NCBI GenBank assembly: GCA_048939995.1
Contig: JBHLOY010000001.1
Coordinates: 288,001 to 352,000, forward strand
DNA length: 64,000 bases
Source of the DNA: Promethearchaeota archaeon
GTDB taxonomy: Archaea; Asgardarchaeota; Lokiarchaeia; Sigyniarchaeales; SOKP01
Reading direction: 5' to 3'
The translations under genes were made by a program, and so were the position numbers. The notes below the pieces were generated by a model. The model worked only from the letters and a program-made list of their open reading frames with translations. It did no database searches and was not told where the DNA came from. Shown one piece after another: positions 50,309 through 61,132 of the stretch. The stretch's first letter is position 1; the number at the start of each line of letters is the position of its first letter.

Positions 50309-51628
50309 ATGGACAAAAAGATTGTTTTAGTTGGAGCAGGGAGTACATCTTTTGGACTAACTATGTTAACAGATTTATTTCATAGTAGGATATTAACAGG
50401 ATCTACTATAATATTACACGATATCAATAAAGAGCATCTAGAATTAATTTTCCAATTAATATCTGCTGAAAATAAGTATCAAAATAATAAATTCAAAATT
50501 GAATACACAACAGAGAGATCTAAAGCCTTCAAGGAAGCAGATTTTATAATTAGCTCGATTGAAGTTGGAGAACGCTTCAAACTGTGGAGGGAAGATTATG
50601 AAGTTCCAAGAAGAAATGGATCAACACAAATTTTGGGAGAATGTGGAGGACCGGGAGGGACTATTCATGCCTTTCGAATTATTCCTTCAATTATTGATAT
50701 TGTAAAAGATGCCGAGAAAATTTGCCCCGATGCTTTTTTTATAAACTTTTCAAATCCCCTTGCACGAGTATGCTTAGCAATTAAAAGAGTAACTAAAAAT
50801 CTAAAATTTATTGGGCTATGTCATCAAATTGGATTTTTAAATAAGCATTTACCTGCCCTAATAAACAAGGCTTTAGATCAAGTAAAGATTAAAGTGGGAG
50901 GCTTAAATCACTTTGCTTTTCTGCTAGGTCTAGAGGAGAGAAAGACTGGAAAAGATTTAATGCCTGAATTCAATTCAAGAGCATTAAATTATTTCAGACA
51001 GAAGGAAGATCGTTTTGAGTATTCAACTCTGACTTTTGAGGTTTATCGAAGATTTGGTTTCTTCCCCTACGTAGGAGATAACCATTTAGGAGAGCATCTT
51101 CAATTTGGTCAAGAATTTATTAAGAGCCAAGATATGATTGATTGGATTGATCAAACAGAATATAATGGAAGATTAATTTTTGAGTATATTATGTGGAGAT
51201 ATAAAAAATTTAAGAAAGGCAGATTCCCCAGAAAAGGCATACTTCCTAAAATATCTTCCAGAGAGAGGGCTATACCAATTATCGAAGAAATTATTCAAAA
51301 TAAAAATGCCTATGAAGTTGCTGTGAATATTCCAAATGACCAAATTATTGATAATTTGCCTCAGGATTTGATTTTAGAATGTTCTGCTATTGTTAATAAA
51401 GAAGGGGTTCATGGAATAAGGATAGGTGTAATTCCAAAACAACTTGCTGCGATATTGAATATAGAAGCAACAATACAGGACATTTGTGTTGAAGCAATAC
51501 TGAAACAATCTAAAGAACTAGCAATAACTTGTTTAGCAATAGATCCTAATGTAGGTAATTTTGAAGCGGCTGAAAGGATATTTAATGAGATAAAAAGCAA
51601 AAATAATTATTACATTTATTTTAAATAG
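50309..51628 (+). CDS. Glycoside hydrolase family 4 (alpha-galactosidase/glucosidase-like)
   Basis: VGAGS, GE.GGPGG, NFSNP, GLCH, GLNH. Confidence 0.92.
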   Translation: MDKKIVLVGAGSTSFGLTMLTDLFHSRILTGSTIILHDINKEHLELIFQLISAENKYQNNKFKIEYTTERSKAFKEADFIISSIEVGERFKLWREDYEVPRRNGSTQILGECGGPGGTIHAFRIIPSIIDIVKDAEKICPDAFFINFSNPLARVCLAIKRVTKNLKFIGLCHQIGFLNKHLPALINKALDQVKIKVGGLNHFAFLLGLEERKTGKDLMPEFNSRALNYFRQKEDRFEYSTLTFEVYRRFGFFPYVGDNHLGEHLQFGQEFIKSQDMIDWIDQTEYNGRLIFEYIMWRYKKFKKGRFPRKGILPKISSRERAIPIIEEIIQNKNAYEVAVNIPNDQIIDNLPQDLILECSAIVNKEGVHGIRIGVIPKQLAAILNIEATIQDICVEAILKQSKELAITCLAIDPNVGNFEAAERIFNEIKSKNNYYIYFK

Positions 51629-51735
51629 ACTAAGTAGAGAAATTTGTTATTATTTTCTTGTGAATGGCATATTTTACGAATGATTAATGAAAAAACCCTA
51701 AACATTTATTTACTGATATTACTATATAATAGCTC

Positions 51736-54700
51736 ATGGGATCCAATGAGAAGAAAAAATCTAGTGAGAGAATTGAACGTGCAACTACCTTTCTTACGAA
51801 ACTTTGGTGGTTTTTTGCTTTTTTAATAGGAATTCCAGTAACTATTTCCACTATTAGTTTCTATATTTTCAACTTCATTATAAGAGATATTTATATCTCT
51901 ATTGGACTTTCAGTGGTTGTCTATTTATTCGCCATTTTCATTTTTTATAAAAGTTTTGACCAATACAGAAATAGTCCTTTCTTTCTTAATAATAAAAACA
52001 ATTTTAGCGCCAGAATTCACACATTTTATATAATTAGTAGCCTTGCTTTAATAGTTACTCCTATATTTGTTTATATAACTCCTGAGGGATATTATTTTGA
52101 ATTACTTCCTTTAATTTCTTATTGTATTTTATATAATATCATTTATTTTTATTATTTTTATAAGCCTATTGAAGATTATGATATCTCTGAATCAAGATTT
52201 AAAAGTGGAATAAGTTTTAAATCATCGTTGAAAGAGTTTCACAATGTAGTGGTTATATTAAATTACATAATTCATATTATTTTCTTAACCTATACCCATT
52301 ACACGAGATTATCATGGCTATTTGCTTTAATATCAAATATTGTTTTCTATATCTACACAATATTAACAACAAGAAATTTAAGGAAGAACTTTAGAATTGC
52401 TATTGACAAAGGGGAATCTATTCTTAACTATTTAATAAAATTTAAGAAAAAGTTCACAATATCGATTATTAGCCTGTGTTTTGTGCTCTTAATTCAATTA
52501 CCATTTGATTTTTATCTAATAAATACCCTATCTGGTGCCATCTATACCTATTTTGATTATATTATGATCATATTCTATTCAATGATCTTCTTCTTTTTAT
52601 ACTTGAAACTACGGATATATGCCTCAATATATTACGAGAAGGAAGTCTTTAAATTATCTAATCAGGGAATGAATGAATCAAATGAAGATTCTTCAAGAAT
52701 TTTAATGAAATATCAAAAATGGAATATGATAATATCTCTGTTTTTCAGTATTTTCGTGCTTTTATTTTCATTAGGGATCAATTTTCCGGTAATAATCATT
52801 ATTTCCTTGCCAGCTATTATTATAGCAACGTATTATGAACAAAAGGCTAACTTTTGCCCAAAGAGATATAGTCGTTATATATTTTTATTCAATAGTATTA
52901 TTATATTAAGTTCAATATTATTTTTAGGAGTTTTTTATCTCGAACTTCAAATAATTCTATTTCTCCTAAGTATCTATTTGGATTTACAAATTTTTTCTCA
53001 TTATAAGTATTTTGATAAAAATAAAATCATTTTGACCCAACATTTAATAGCTTTCATATGCTTCTTAGTAATTTCTCAATTATTTTATCCTTTCATTTCA
53101 TTAATCTATTTAGGGTTAGCTATTGACCCTTTTTTGTTAAATCTTATAAATATCTTAATCTATATATTATTAGTAAGTTTAGCATTATTAGGTACCTTCT
53201 ATTATTTATATTTCCGTTACTTTAGAAAAAGTAAATGGAAGAATTTTAGTCTAATTCTAAATATTGTTATCTTTTTAATCGAAATTCTTTCATTTGCTCT
53301 TATAAATTTATATAGTATTTTTTCTGTAGAATTTAATGTATATATTAATTATGTTATAATAAGTGCTATTTTTCTACCAATAATTTTTGATTTGTTTATT
53401 GGGCTTAACTATCTCCTTGGAATCACATCTAAAAAAATTTCTTTGAAGGAATTATACTACTCATGTTGGATTTTAATTTTAACAATATTTAGTACCCTAC
53501 TTTATTTTTCCCTAAATAATTACATGTTCCTAATAGCCGATTTATTATATCTCTCTATTTTTTCCCTGATTTTACTTAAATTTGGAGTGAAAATTGAGCA
53601 AGTAAATATTAAGATCTTCAAAAAAATTGTGAGTCTTAACTCAATTTTTATCCTTATAGAGCTTTATTGCTTAACATTCTCAATTATTTTTTCGAATCTT
53701 ATTTTTTTAGAAATTTCACATAACCTTTTGCTTTCTTCTTATTTCTCATTGGTTTCAATCGCAATTTTAATAAATATATTCCTAAGGAAGATTATTTCAA
53801 TGGTAATAATAAAAATGATTAATTTGGTTAGTTTACTGTTTTCTACAGGAATAATTTTTTACAATTTATACGCTTATACTCTTGGATCTTATTTTGTTAT
53901 TATTATTCCGATTTTATCTTCATGCCTTTTCTTTTATATTTTCATTTTTTATCTTAAATCATTAATACATGGGTTTTTACCAAAAAACCTTTTTTTAATA
54001 AATACAATAATCATATTCATCTCCTTATCTCTTATACCGTCATTCTATGCATTAGAAAGCATTAAGTTAGGATTAACTGTTGATTTTGTTACAGTATTTA
54101 ATTCAACCCTTTACATTATTCTTGGAATATTGTTTTTTATCACTGTTTTCTCGCCACAATTTAAAATTAGAGAAGGAAGGAAGCGATTTGTACTATTTAC
54201 GCTGATTCTTCTTCTGTTCATTTTAGCGGGAACCACAGTTTTTTATTATTCAAATCTATTTTTATATACTACTTTGTTTGGAGAAACAGTTCCTTTAATC
54301 GCAAGCTCAGCTTTTCTTTTCGTTCCTTTAATATTACTATATAAGTATCAATTTATTAAAATTAAAACTAGTAAAATCCTTATCCTTTTAAACTATCTTT
54401 TTCTCTGGGGAGCGCTAATATCTATTCCAATTGTTTTTTGCTTAGAATTTATAAGATTAGGTAATTTTATTCAAACTTATCTCATGGTAACATTATTAGT
54501 TGTAATATTTTATGGGTTTTTAAAATCTCTATCCCCCATATCACAATCGCTTGAATTTAGAGCATCTTTTGATTATAAAATACGAATAATGCAAATATGC
54601 ATTTGGTTTTGTATTGCAGTCTTGATCTCATTAATTATTCCTTTTTTCTTTTTATTCCAACAATATTATTGGTTAAATCTATTTACAATAAGTTGTACAC

Positions 54701-57700
54701 TAATTCTTTTTTTCATCCTGAATATAGCAAATCTACCTCAATTAGAGAGTTTCAAGCAAAAAGTCTTTGAAAACAAAAGAAGCAAATTAGATTTTTATAA
54801 AATTTACAAAATTTATGAATATTATAAAAATATTATTTATTTTGGACTAATTTTTTCAATATCTTTCTTTTTTTACTCAATCTTCCAAGCTTTCAATCTT
54901 GTTTATATAATTTTTCAATCAACTGATAGCTTATTAACGGGTTCTTTTAACCTAGTAATTTTTTTGATATTTACTTTATTACTCTTACATTTTACAAGTA
55001 AGATAATTAGATTAGAATTTGTTAAAACAAGAGATATAATTGAATTAATAATTTGGTTAACTATAAAATTCAGTATTTTATTGTTCCTCTCTTTATTGCC
55101 CATTCAAATTTCAATTTCTAATAGAATTTTTCTAATAATCCTAGCGTTTGCTATTCAAAGCCCAATTACCATTAACTATCTCGATAAACATATGATGTTT
55201 TTAGAAAATACTAAGCTACTCATGAATAGAGTTATAGGATTTTTGTTTTTTGTAGCAGCTTTAGGGTTTATTATGGAAAATCTATGGAGTGTTAATATTA
55301 GTATATTATACTTTAATCAAAATATTCCAATTTTTATTGGCTTTCTTATATGTTTAATTTTTACATTTTTTAATTATTACATTATACATTTTAATGAAAT
55401 TATCCAAAAAGGAGGGAGATTTAGAATATACAGATTGTATCTAATCTCCTTTCTGTTATTAGTTCTATTTCTATTGATGAATATTCAATTTATTCTAATA
55501 TTTTTATTTGGTGTTCTTGTTATACTTCTTCGAAACAAGAATAGAAATTTTATATGGCATCTAATCAATTATTTCGTAATTAGTTTTCTTTGTTTAATTG
55601 AATTAAATCTTTTTATAATAAAATTTAATCTTCTTCCTTTTACTTATATCCACCCAGGAATTTTTGCTTGGATATATTTTATATCCTTTATTTCTATTTT
55701 ATTTATTTCAATTATTCTTAATTTTAAAAGAATCAATATTCTTGAGGAATTATTATTGGATTTTTTAATTCCTTGTTTAATTTTTACCTCGATTTTAATT
55801 TTCTTTCCGATTCCTATTTTTTATAACATCACAATTTCTATTACTATTCTACTATTTTTAATAAGCTTATTCTTTTATCGCAAAAAAGATGACATATATA
55901 TTTGGTTTATACGTCCATGCGCCTTATTATTTCTCTTTAACCTAATAAGTATTGGCTCTTATTTCATAATATTTAGTTTACCCATCTATCTTGAATACAA
56001 TCTGATATTAAGTTCCACCCTAACTTTTAGTATTATAGGTTTTTGCTTTGCTTTATTTTATCATAATTTAGAAAAGAAATTTAAAAGTAAAGTAATATCA
56101 ATTGTTCTCATCTTAAGTGTCATCAGTTCCTTTATATTTTCTTACCTAATCATAGAAATATCATTTACATTAGCTTTTATTTTTCCATGGTTGATTGCTG
56201 GAAATATGGCTATCATCTTATTATATATCTCCATTGGAATTTATCAATGGAAAATATCATGGGCAATTTGGAAATCAGGGTATTGGATTTGGATATTTGT
56301 TCCGATCGTTAATTATCTTTTAATCGCTCAATCATTCGCAGGAATTGATGTTTATACAAATGCTCTAAATTTATTTGGTTTAAACATTTATGGTTCGTAT
56401 TTAATAACGTTTGTCATTTGTTTATTATTATCATTACCCTTCTGGTATACATGGATTAAAGACCACTTTAATGTAGTTTTGTTTACGATTTGGGGTTTTA
56501 GTTTGTTTTTAATATTTTGGTTTAGTCAAAATGCTTTCTTTGGATTTGATATATTAATTATTTTATCATTTCTGGGAATTGCTATAATATTCCTTATGCC
56601 AATTTTTTATAGATTAGGTTTTTGGAAAATTCTATCTATTCTTTGGCTAATATTCACTTCACTTCTAACCATTTTTATAACATTCATTTTTGTTGGAATT
56701 AATTTCCCTTTAAACCAGATTATTCCATTTGATTTAGTCGTGGTTGGATTTCTTTTCATAGTATTTTCCTTTTTTCCAAATTTGAAAGCTATGAAATACA
56801 TAATATTGATTACAGCTTACTCCGTAGCCATGATTGGTATTTTTTGGATACTATATATCCTTATGGTTTCAATAACCTATAATATTCCTGTATCAATCAA
56901 TATCTCTTTCATTATAATTGGTTTTAGTCTATTTAGTTCACGTATATTGAAATTAAATAAAAAATTATTCAATTTTCTAATTTCTACAATGTTAACTGTG
57001 AATTTTTCACTTTTAACATTCTTCACTTTTATCATGATCCCTCATTTTGAATTTTTCGCGTTATTTTTAGCTATAACTGTTTGTGGAGGATCTCTTCTTG
57101 TATTTAATCGATTTCGAATGTTTTCTCCGATTAAAATGATCATTCCTTTATCTATCTTATCTATGGGAATATCCTTAACATTCTCTACTTTAATCTATAT
57201 TTTTCTACCAAATTCTTTTTTCCTTATATCTGCTGCGTTCATTTCGATAATTTTATTGATTAATTATCCCGTTTTAAAATATATTCGCCACATTTTATGG
57301 TATTCTGTTCCTTTGCCTTTTTGTTTGTTTATTTTGCACTTTTTATCATTACTAGGGCCGTTCCAATCAATATTTAATTTAACCTTGGTTGGATTGATTT
57401 TATATACCTCGATATTTCAAATACTTACGAATTTATTTTATGGTAAAGCCAGGAGTATAAATCTTTTAGCTTTTGTTTTAAATTCTACCTATATATCCCT
57501 ATTTATTGCTATTCTCAGTCCCTTATTTATCGTCTATAAGATTCTTGAATTTTTTATAATTTGGTCAATTTTGATTTTATTATGTATTAGATATATAGAG
57601 AAGGGGGGTCAAGAACTTCTCAAAAATAAGGCAATTACCATTTTACTTAAAATTAGTAGTTATATAGCATTATTCCTCTACCTTGAAATTTCTCTTCTAA

Positions 57701-60216
57701 TTACAGGTATATTAAATGAATTTATAGTGCCTGAATTCACGAGTAGTGTTTTGATTTTTTTTGGAACCTTACTTTTATTATCATTACTAGATATTTTCCT
57801 TATTAAGAAAGTTAGTAGCAAGTTAGTTTATCCAATTAATGTGATTTGCTACATTTTAATTTCAATTTATTTATTTATATTTCTAAATCGCTTTTTAGCT
57901 ATAGATATACAATTTATTTTCTTAAATCTAATCATATTATTGGCGATGCAATTTTATACCATAAAAATCATATTTTCTCTTCTAAATCAATTAGAACGTT
58001 ATGATAGAGAGAAGTTAACCTCTTTACAAAAGATTTTTCAAACGATTTTACTTAATACTATATTCGTTGTTATTAGTTTATTTGGATCATCTTATTTCAC
58101 ATCAATATTCCTAAATGTTTCACCATTGCTTAGTGGATTCTCTGCTATTTTCTTGTTTCTAATGATTTTTAGTTTTCTAATGTTTAATCTGAATCAGTTA
58201 GTAAAGATTAGGTTTAAGCTAAAGGTGTTATTTGTTTATTATCTAATATTTATAGTAAGTTTTGTTTCATTTTTTACCTCTTATATTATGATTTTCAATC
58301 TTATTACTATCTTATATCTGAGTCTATTTTCTCTTATTATCACTAGTTTGTTATCTTACTTTATCTCCTTGCTAAACAAAATATATATAGAAAAATTAGG
58401 GACTGAGATGATAAAGAAAGTTTATTCATTTTTACAATTTATTCTTTACTTAGAAATTTCATTGATTTTCTATAGTCAATTTTCCGTTTATTTCAATATA
58501 TTCGAAAGTATATTAACGTCTCAAATAGTCCTAAGTTTAATTTCCTTAATCGAATTAAAATTTATAAAAAAAGTAAAAGCCTCCTATGTTCTTCTTATTC
58601 ACACGATTAGCTTTTTTAACATTAGTTGGGCTCTATACGTTATTATATTTCAATTTACTTACAATTATTTTAATTTAAATATCATTTTCTTCATTTTAAT
58701 GCAATTTTATACGAATCACCTATACTTTATTACTAAAGCTGAATTTAATCCAACAAAAAAACCTAATTTTAAGAAATGGAAATTAATTAGACAAAAAATA
58801 ATTGGATCTTGTTTCTACCTTGCTTTATTAGTATATATTGTGCAGTATTTAATTCTATTTATTCCTGATATTCTGCTAGTAGTTTTAATCTCAAGTATAT
58901 TACTTCATGGTTTAATGTATTTAGATAAATATGTGTCTAAATTTTTAGCTACCTGGTCAAAATATCTAATTATATTTTCTGGGATCTTAATTATAGGTGT
59001 TTCTATTTTGTATTCGTTGAATTGGATCTTAACTATTTCTATACAAATCATTCCTATAACAATACTCATAGTTTTACTTGAAGTAACCTATTTGATAAGA
59101 TTATTACATCTGTGGAATATTTTAAAAAGTGAGTTTGCTAAGAATCGAAATTACCTCATTATCTTATTCTATTTAGATATCATAACTTGGCCTCTTTTTT
59201 ATTTAAACTTGCAAATTTATAATTTTCTGAATATCTTGTTGATATTTTTTATAATATTAATAATAATTTCTCTGATTGATATTCGGATAAAAGCCATTAA
59301 ACCGAGTCTAAGAAGAACAATCTTTAAGGTTGGTTATACAATTTTTGATATAATATTATCAATACAGATATATACGTTATTAGAATACATAATTCAACCA
59401 AACTTACCATTAAATCTTTCAATAGCAGGTCTAGTATTTATTATAGTAATTGGTTTTTTAATAAAGCCTTTTAAAAAGCGTAGACTTATTTCATTCTTTT
59501 ACTGGTTCTTTATATATCTATTCATTAGCCTTATCATTTTTTACGCCTATTTGAATCTTTGGAGTTTTACAGTAGTTGTATTTGGAATACTATTATATCC
59601 GTTTATTTTCATGCTTGAGGAGTTGAGAGAATTATTTAATCATTTCTTAGATTATCTTCAGAAGCTTATAATCAAAATTAAATATATCATAATAGCTGGT
59701 TATAAAAAATTGATTAAATTCATTAAAGACAACTTCAAGATAGTCCGAATTTTAATTTGTATAATCTTTGGAATAATGATGGGTTTTATCTTTTCTGAGT
59801 TTGTTTTAGTCATTTTAAATCTATATCACTCAATTCTGTTAGCAATAGCTTCTTTTGGGATTATTTATGCTTTTACTGACTATTTATGGTACTTTTTTTA
59901 CGTCAAAAAGCTTGGAGATGTAAGACAAATATTCAGACAAAAGTTAAAGATATTTATAATTATTTGGATTAGCTTCTCCGTCTTTATATTTACATTAATA
60001 CTACCCTATGTTGGTTCTGTCCTTTATTCATTATTTCTTATCTTAATACCATTTTGGGGTTTAGGATCAATTTTAATCTGGGTGGTTAATCGAAAAGAGG
60101 CTAAACAAAAAATTTCGGTAAAAACTAGGTTCTTTATAACCTTGTCTACAATAGTAATATTTGTTATTTGGGTAACAGTTATTCTAATTTGGTACTTTTT
60201 TGAAATTCGTGTTTAA
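51736..60216 (+). CDS. Giant polytopic membrane protein of unknown function (2826 aa)
   Basis: 8.5-kb stop-free frame in AT-rich DNA; continuous TM segments with Lys-rich loops. Confidence 0.88.
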   Translation: MGSNEKKKSSERIERATTFLTKLWWFFAFLIGIPVTISTISFYIFNFIIRDIYISIGLSVVVYLFAIFIFYKSFDQYRNSPFFLNNKNNFSARIHTFYIISSLALIVTPIFVYITPEGYYFELLPLISYCILYNIIYFYYFYKPIEDYDISESRFKSGISFKSSLKEFHNVVVILNYIIHIIFLTYTHYTRLSWLFALISNIVFYIYTILTTRNLRKNFRIAIDKGESILNYLIKFKKKFTISIISLCFVLLIQLPFDFYLINTLSGAIYTYFDYIMIIFYSMIFFFLYLKLRIYASIYYEKEVFKLSNQGMNESNEDSSRILMKYQKWNMIISLFFSIFVLLFSLGINFPVIIIISLPAIIIATYYEQKANFCPKRYSRYIFLFNSIIILSSILFLGVFYLELQIILFLLSIYLDLQIFSHYKYFDKNKIILTQHLIAFICFLVISQLFYPFISLIYLGLAIDPFLLNLINILIYILLVSLALLGTFYYLYFRYFRKSKWKNFSLILNIVIFLIEILSFALINLYSIFSVEFNVYINYVIISAIFLPIIFDLFIGLNYLLGITSKKISLKELYYSCWILILTIFSTLLYFSLNNYMFLIADLLYLSIFSLILLKFGVKIEQVNIKIFKKIVSLNSIFILIELYCLTFSIIFSNLIFLEISHNLLLSSYFSLVSIAILINIFLRKIISMVIIKMINLVSLLFSTGIIFYNLYAYTLGSYFVIIIPILSSCLFFYIFIFYLKSLIHGFLPKNLFLINTIIIFISLSLIPSFYALESIKLGLTVDFVTVFNSTLYIILGILFFITVFSPQFKIREGRKRFVLFTLILLLFILAGTTVFYYSNLFLYTTLFGETVPLIASSAFLFVPLILLYKYQFIKIKTSKILILLNYLFLWGALISIPIVFCLEFIRLGNFIQTYLMVTLLVVIFYGFLKSLSPISQSLEFRASFDYKIRIMQICIWFCIAVLISLIIPFFFLFQQYYWLNLFTISCTLILFFILNIANLPQLESFKQKVFENKRSKLDFYKIYKIYEYYKNIIYFGLIFSISFFFYSIFQAFNLVYIIFQSTDSLLTGSFNLVIFLIFTLLLLHFTSKIIRLEFVKTRDIIELIIWLTIKFSILLFLSLLPIQISISNRIFLIILAFAIQSPITINYLDKHMMFLENTKLLMNRVIGFLFFVAALGFIMENLWSVNISILYFNQNIPIFIGFLICLIFTFFNYYIIHFNEIIQKGGRFRIYRLYLISFLLLVLFLLMNIQFILIFLFGVLVILLRNKNRNFIWHLINYFVISFLCLIELNLFIIKFNLLPFTYIHPGIFAWIYFISFISILFISIILNFKRINILEELLLDFLIPCLIFTSILIFFPIPIFYNITISITILLFLISLFFYRKKDDIYIWFIRPCALLFLFNLISIGSYFIIFSLPIYLEYNLILSSTLTFSIIGFCFALFYHNLEKKFKSKVISIVLILSVISSFIFSYLIIEISFTLAFIFPWLIAGNMAIILLYISIGIYQWKISWAIWKSGYWIWIFVPIVNYLLIAQSFAGIDVYTNALNLFGLNIYGSYLITFVICLLLSLPFWYTWIKDHFNVVLFTIWGFSLFLIFWFSQNAFFGFDILIILSFLGIAIIFLMPIFYRLGFWKILSILWLIFTSLLTIFITFIFVGINFPLNQIIPFDLVVVGFLFIVFSFFPNLKAMKYIILITAYSVAMIGIFWILYILMVSITYNIPVSINISFIIIGFSLFSSRILKLNKKLFNFLISTMLTVNFSLLTFFTFIMIPHFEFFALFLAITVCGGSLLVFNRFRMFSPIKMIIPLSILSMGISLTFSTLIYIFLPNSFFLISAAFISIILLINYPVLKYIRHILWYSVPLPFCLFILHFLSLLGPFQSIFNLTLVGLILYTSIFQILTNLFYGKARSINLLAFVLNSTYISLFIAILSPLFIVYKILEFFIIWSILILLCIRYIEKGGQELLKNKAITILLKISSYIALFLYLEISLLITGILNEFIVPEFTSSVLIFFGTLLLLSLLDIFLIKKVSSKLVYPINVICYILISIYLFIFLNRFLAIDIQFIFLNLIILLAMQFYTIKIIFSLLNQLERYDREKLTSLQKIFQTILLNTIFVVISLFGSSYFTSIFLNVSPLLSGFSAIFLFLMIFSFLMFNLNQLVKIRFKLKVLFVYYLIFIVSFVSFFTSYIMIFNLITILYLSLFSLIITSLLSYFISLLNKIYIEKLGTEMIKKVYSFLQFILYLEISLIFYSQFSVYFNIFESILTSQIVLSLISLIELKFIKKVKASYVLLIHTISFFNISWALYVIIFQFTYNYFNLNIIFFILMQFYTNHLYFITKAEFNPTKKPNFKKWKLIRQKIIGSCFYLALLVYIVQYLILFIPDILLVVLISSILLHGLMYLDKYVSKFLATWSKYLIIFSGILIIGVSILYSLNWILTISIQIIPITILIVLLEVTYLIRLLHLWNILKSEFAKNRNYLIILFYLDIITWPLFYLNLQIYNFLNILLIFFIILIIISLIDIRIKAIKPSLRRTIFKVGYTIFDIILSIQIYTLLEYIIQPNLPLNLSIAGLVFIIVIGFLIKPFKKRRLISFFYWFFIYLFISLIIFYAYLNLWSFTVVVFGILLYPFIFMLEELRELFNHFLDYLQKLIIKIKYIIIAGYKKLIKFIKDNFKIVRILICIIFGIMMGFIFSEFVLVILNLYHSILLAIASFGIIYAFTDYLWYFFYVKKLGDVRQIFRQKLKIFIIIWISFSVFIFTLILPYVGSVLYSLFLILIPFWGLGSILIWVVNRKEAKQKISVKTRFFITLSTIVIFVIWVTVILIWYFFEIRV

Positions 60217-60256
60217 AGGATTTAGGTTTCAATGAAAAATTTATTAAAGAATTAGG

Positions 60257-60418
60257 TTAAAGATTTCTCTTTTTCCACTTTCTTATATAAGACTTAAACT
60301 CGTCATCTTTCATGCCAATTGTATTTACTTCATTAACATGACTGGACGATTTATGATTGGGAGCATTTTTCTTAAAATTTAATGTCCAATCATAATAAGA
60401 TACTGCTTTTGATGACAT
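60257..60418 (-). CDS. Unannotated 53-aa basic-tailed protein
   Basis: MSSKAVSYYDWTLNFKKNAPNHKSSSHVNEVNTIGMKDDEFKSYIRKWKKRNL; fills the gap after the giant gene. Confidence 0.5.
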   Translation of the reverse strand: MSSKAVSYYDWTLNFKKNAPNHKSSSHVNEVNTIGMKDDEFKSYIRKWKKRNL

Positions 60419-60577
60419 AATTAAACAATATATGTACCGAAAGATAAATCAAAAGAGAGTGTTAAATTTCTAAATATTAAAAGGCTAAGAATGGATTAAA
60501 ACAAATATAAAAACCTAAAAAGAATGATTGATTGACTTTAAAATAATTAATTTAAATAAACTCAAAAGGGGAATATT

Positions 60578-61123
60578 ATGGAAAATGAACAAAATAATAC
60601 AAAAATTAATGTAAGAGATTGGATCATTCTCAGTACTACAATGATCGGAGCTGTTTTAACAATTCTTGCCTTGATATGGCAATTTAAACCTTCTTATGGT
60701 ATTATAACCGTAACTTTTCTTCTATTGCTTTCTTTCATATTGTTTGTAAATTCTGTGTCAGCAAATTCAAAAGCAAATTTTGAAATTAAGTCAAAAAGAA
60801 TGAAAGAAAAACAGATCTTTAGATTTGTTTCATTTGCGGAATACACTTTTGGTCTTGGCTTTACTCTTGTAATAACTGCTTTTTCTATTCTTGGCTATAA
60901 ATATTTCATAGATTTTGCAGGTCGAAGTTTAATAGCACTAATTCTACCAATTAGTTTTATGATCGTTACATGGATAATGATCTTTATTTATAATACTATT
61001 AATTACTCTGGAAGGCCACTTAAGAGTTTTAGAAGTTTAAAGAGAAATTTATGGATATTAATGGAAATGTTATGTTTATTTTGTATAATCTTAGATTTTT
61101 TTGAAATTATATTAATTCCATAA
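60578..61123 (+). CDS. Hypothetical ~5-TM membrane protein
   Basis: 181 aa, hydrophobic; AGGGG RBS. Confidence 0.8.
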   Translation: MENEQNNTKINVRDWIILSTTMIGAVLTILALIWQFKPSYGIITVTFLLLLSFILFVNSVSANSKANFEIKSKRMKEKQIFRFVSFAEYTFGLGFTLVITAFSILGYKYFIDFAGRSLIALILPISFMIVTWIMIFIYNTINYSGRPLKSFRSLKRNLWILMEMLCLFCIILDFFEIILIP

Positions 61124-61132
61124 CCTTTTTTC

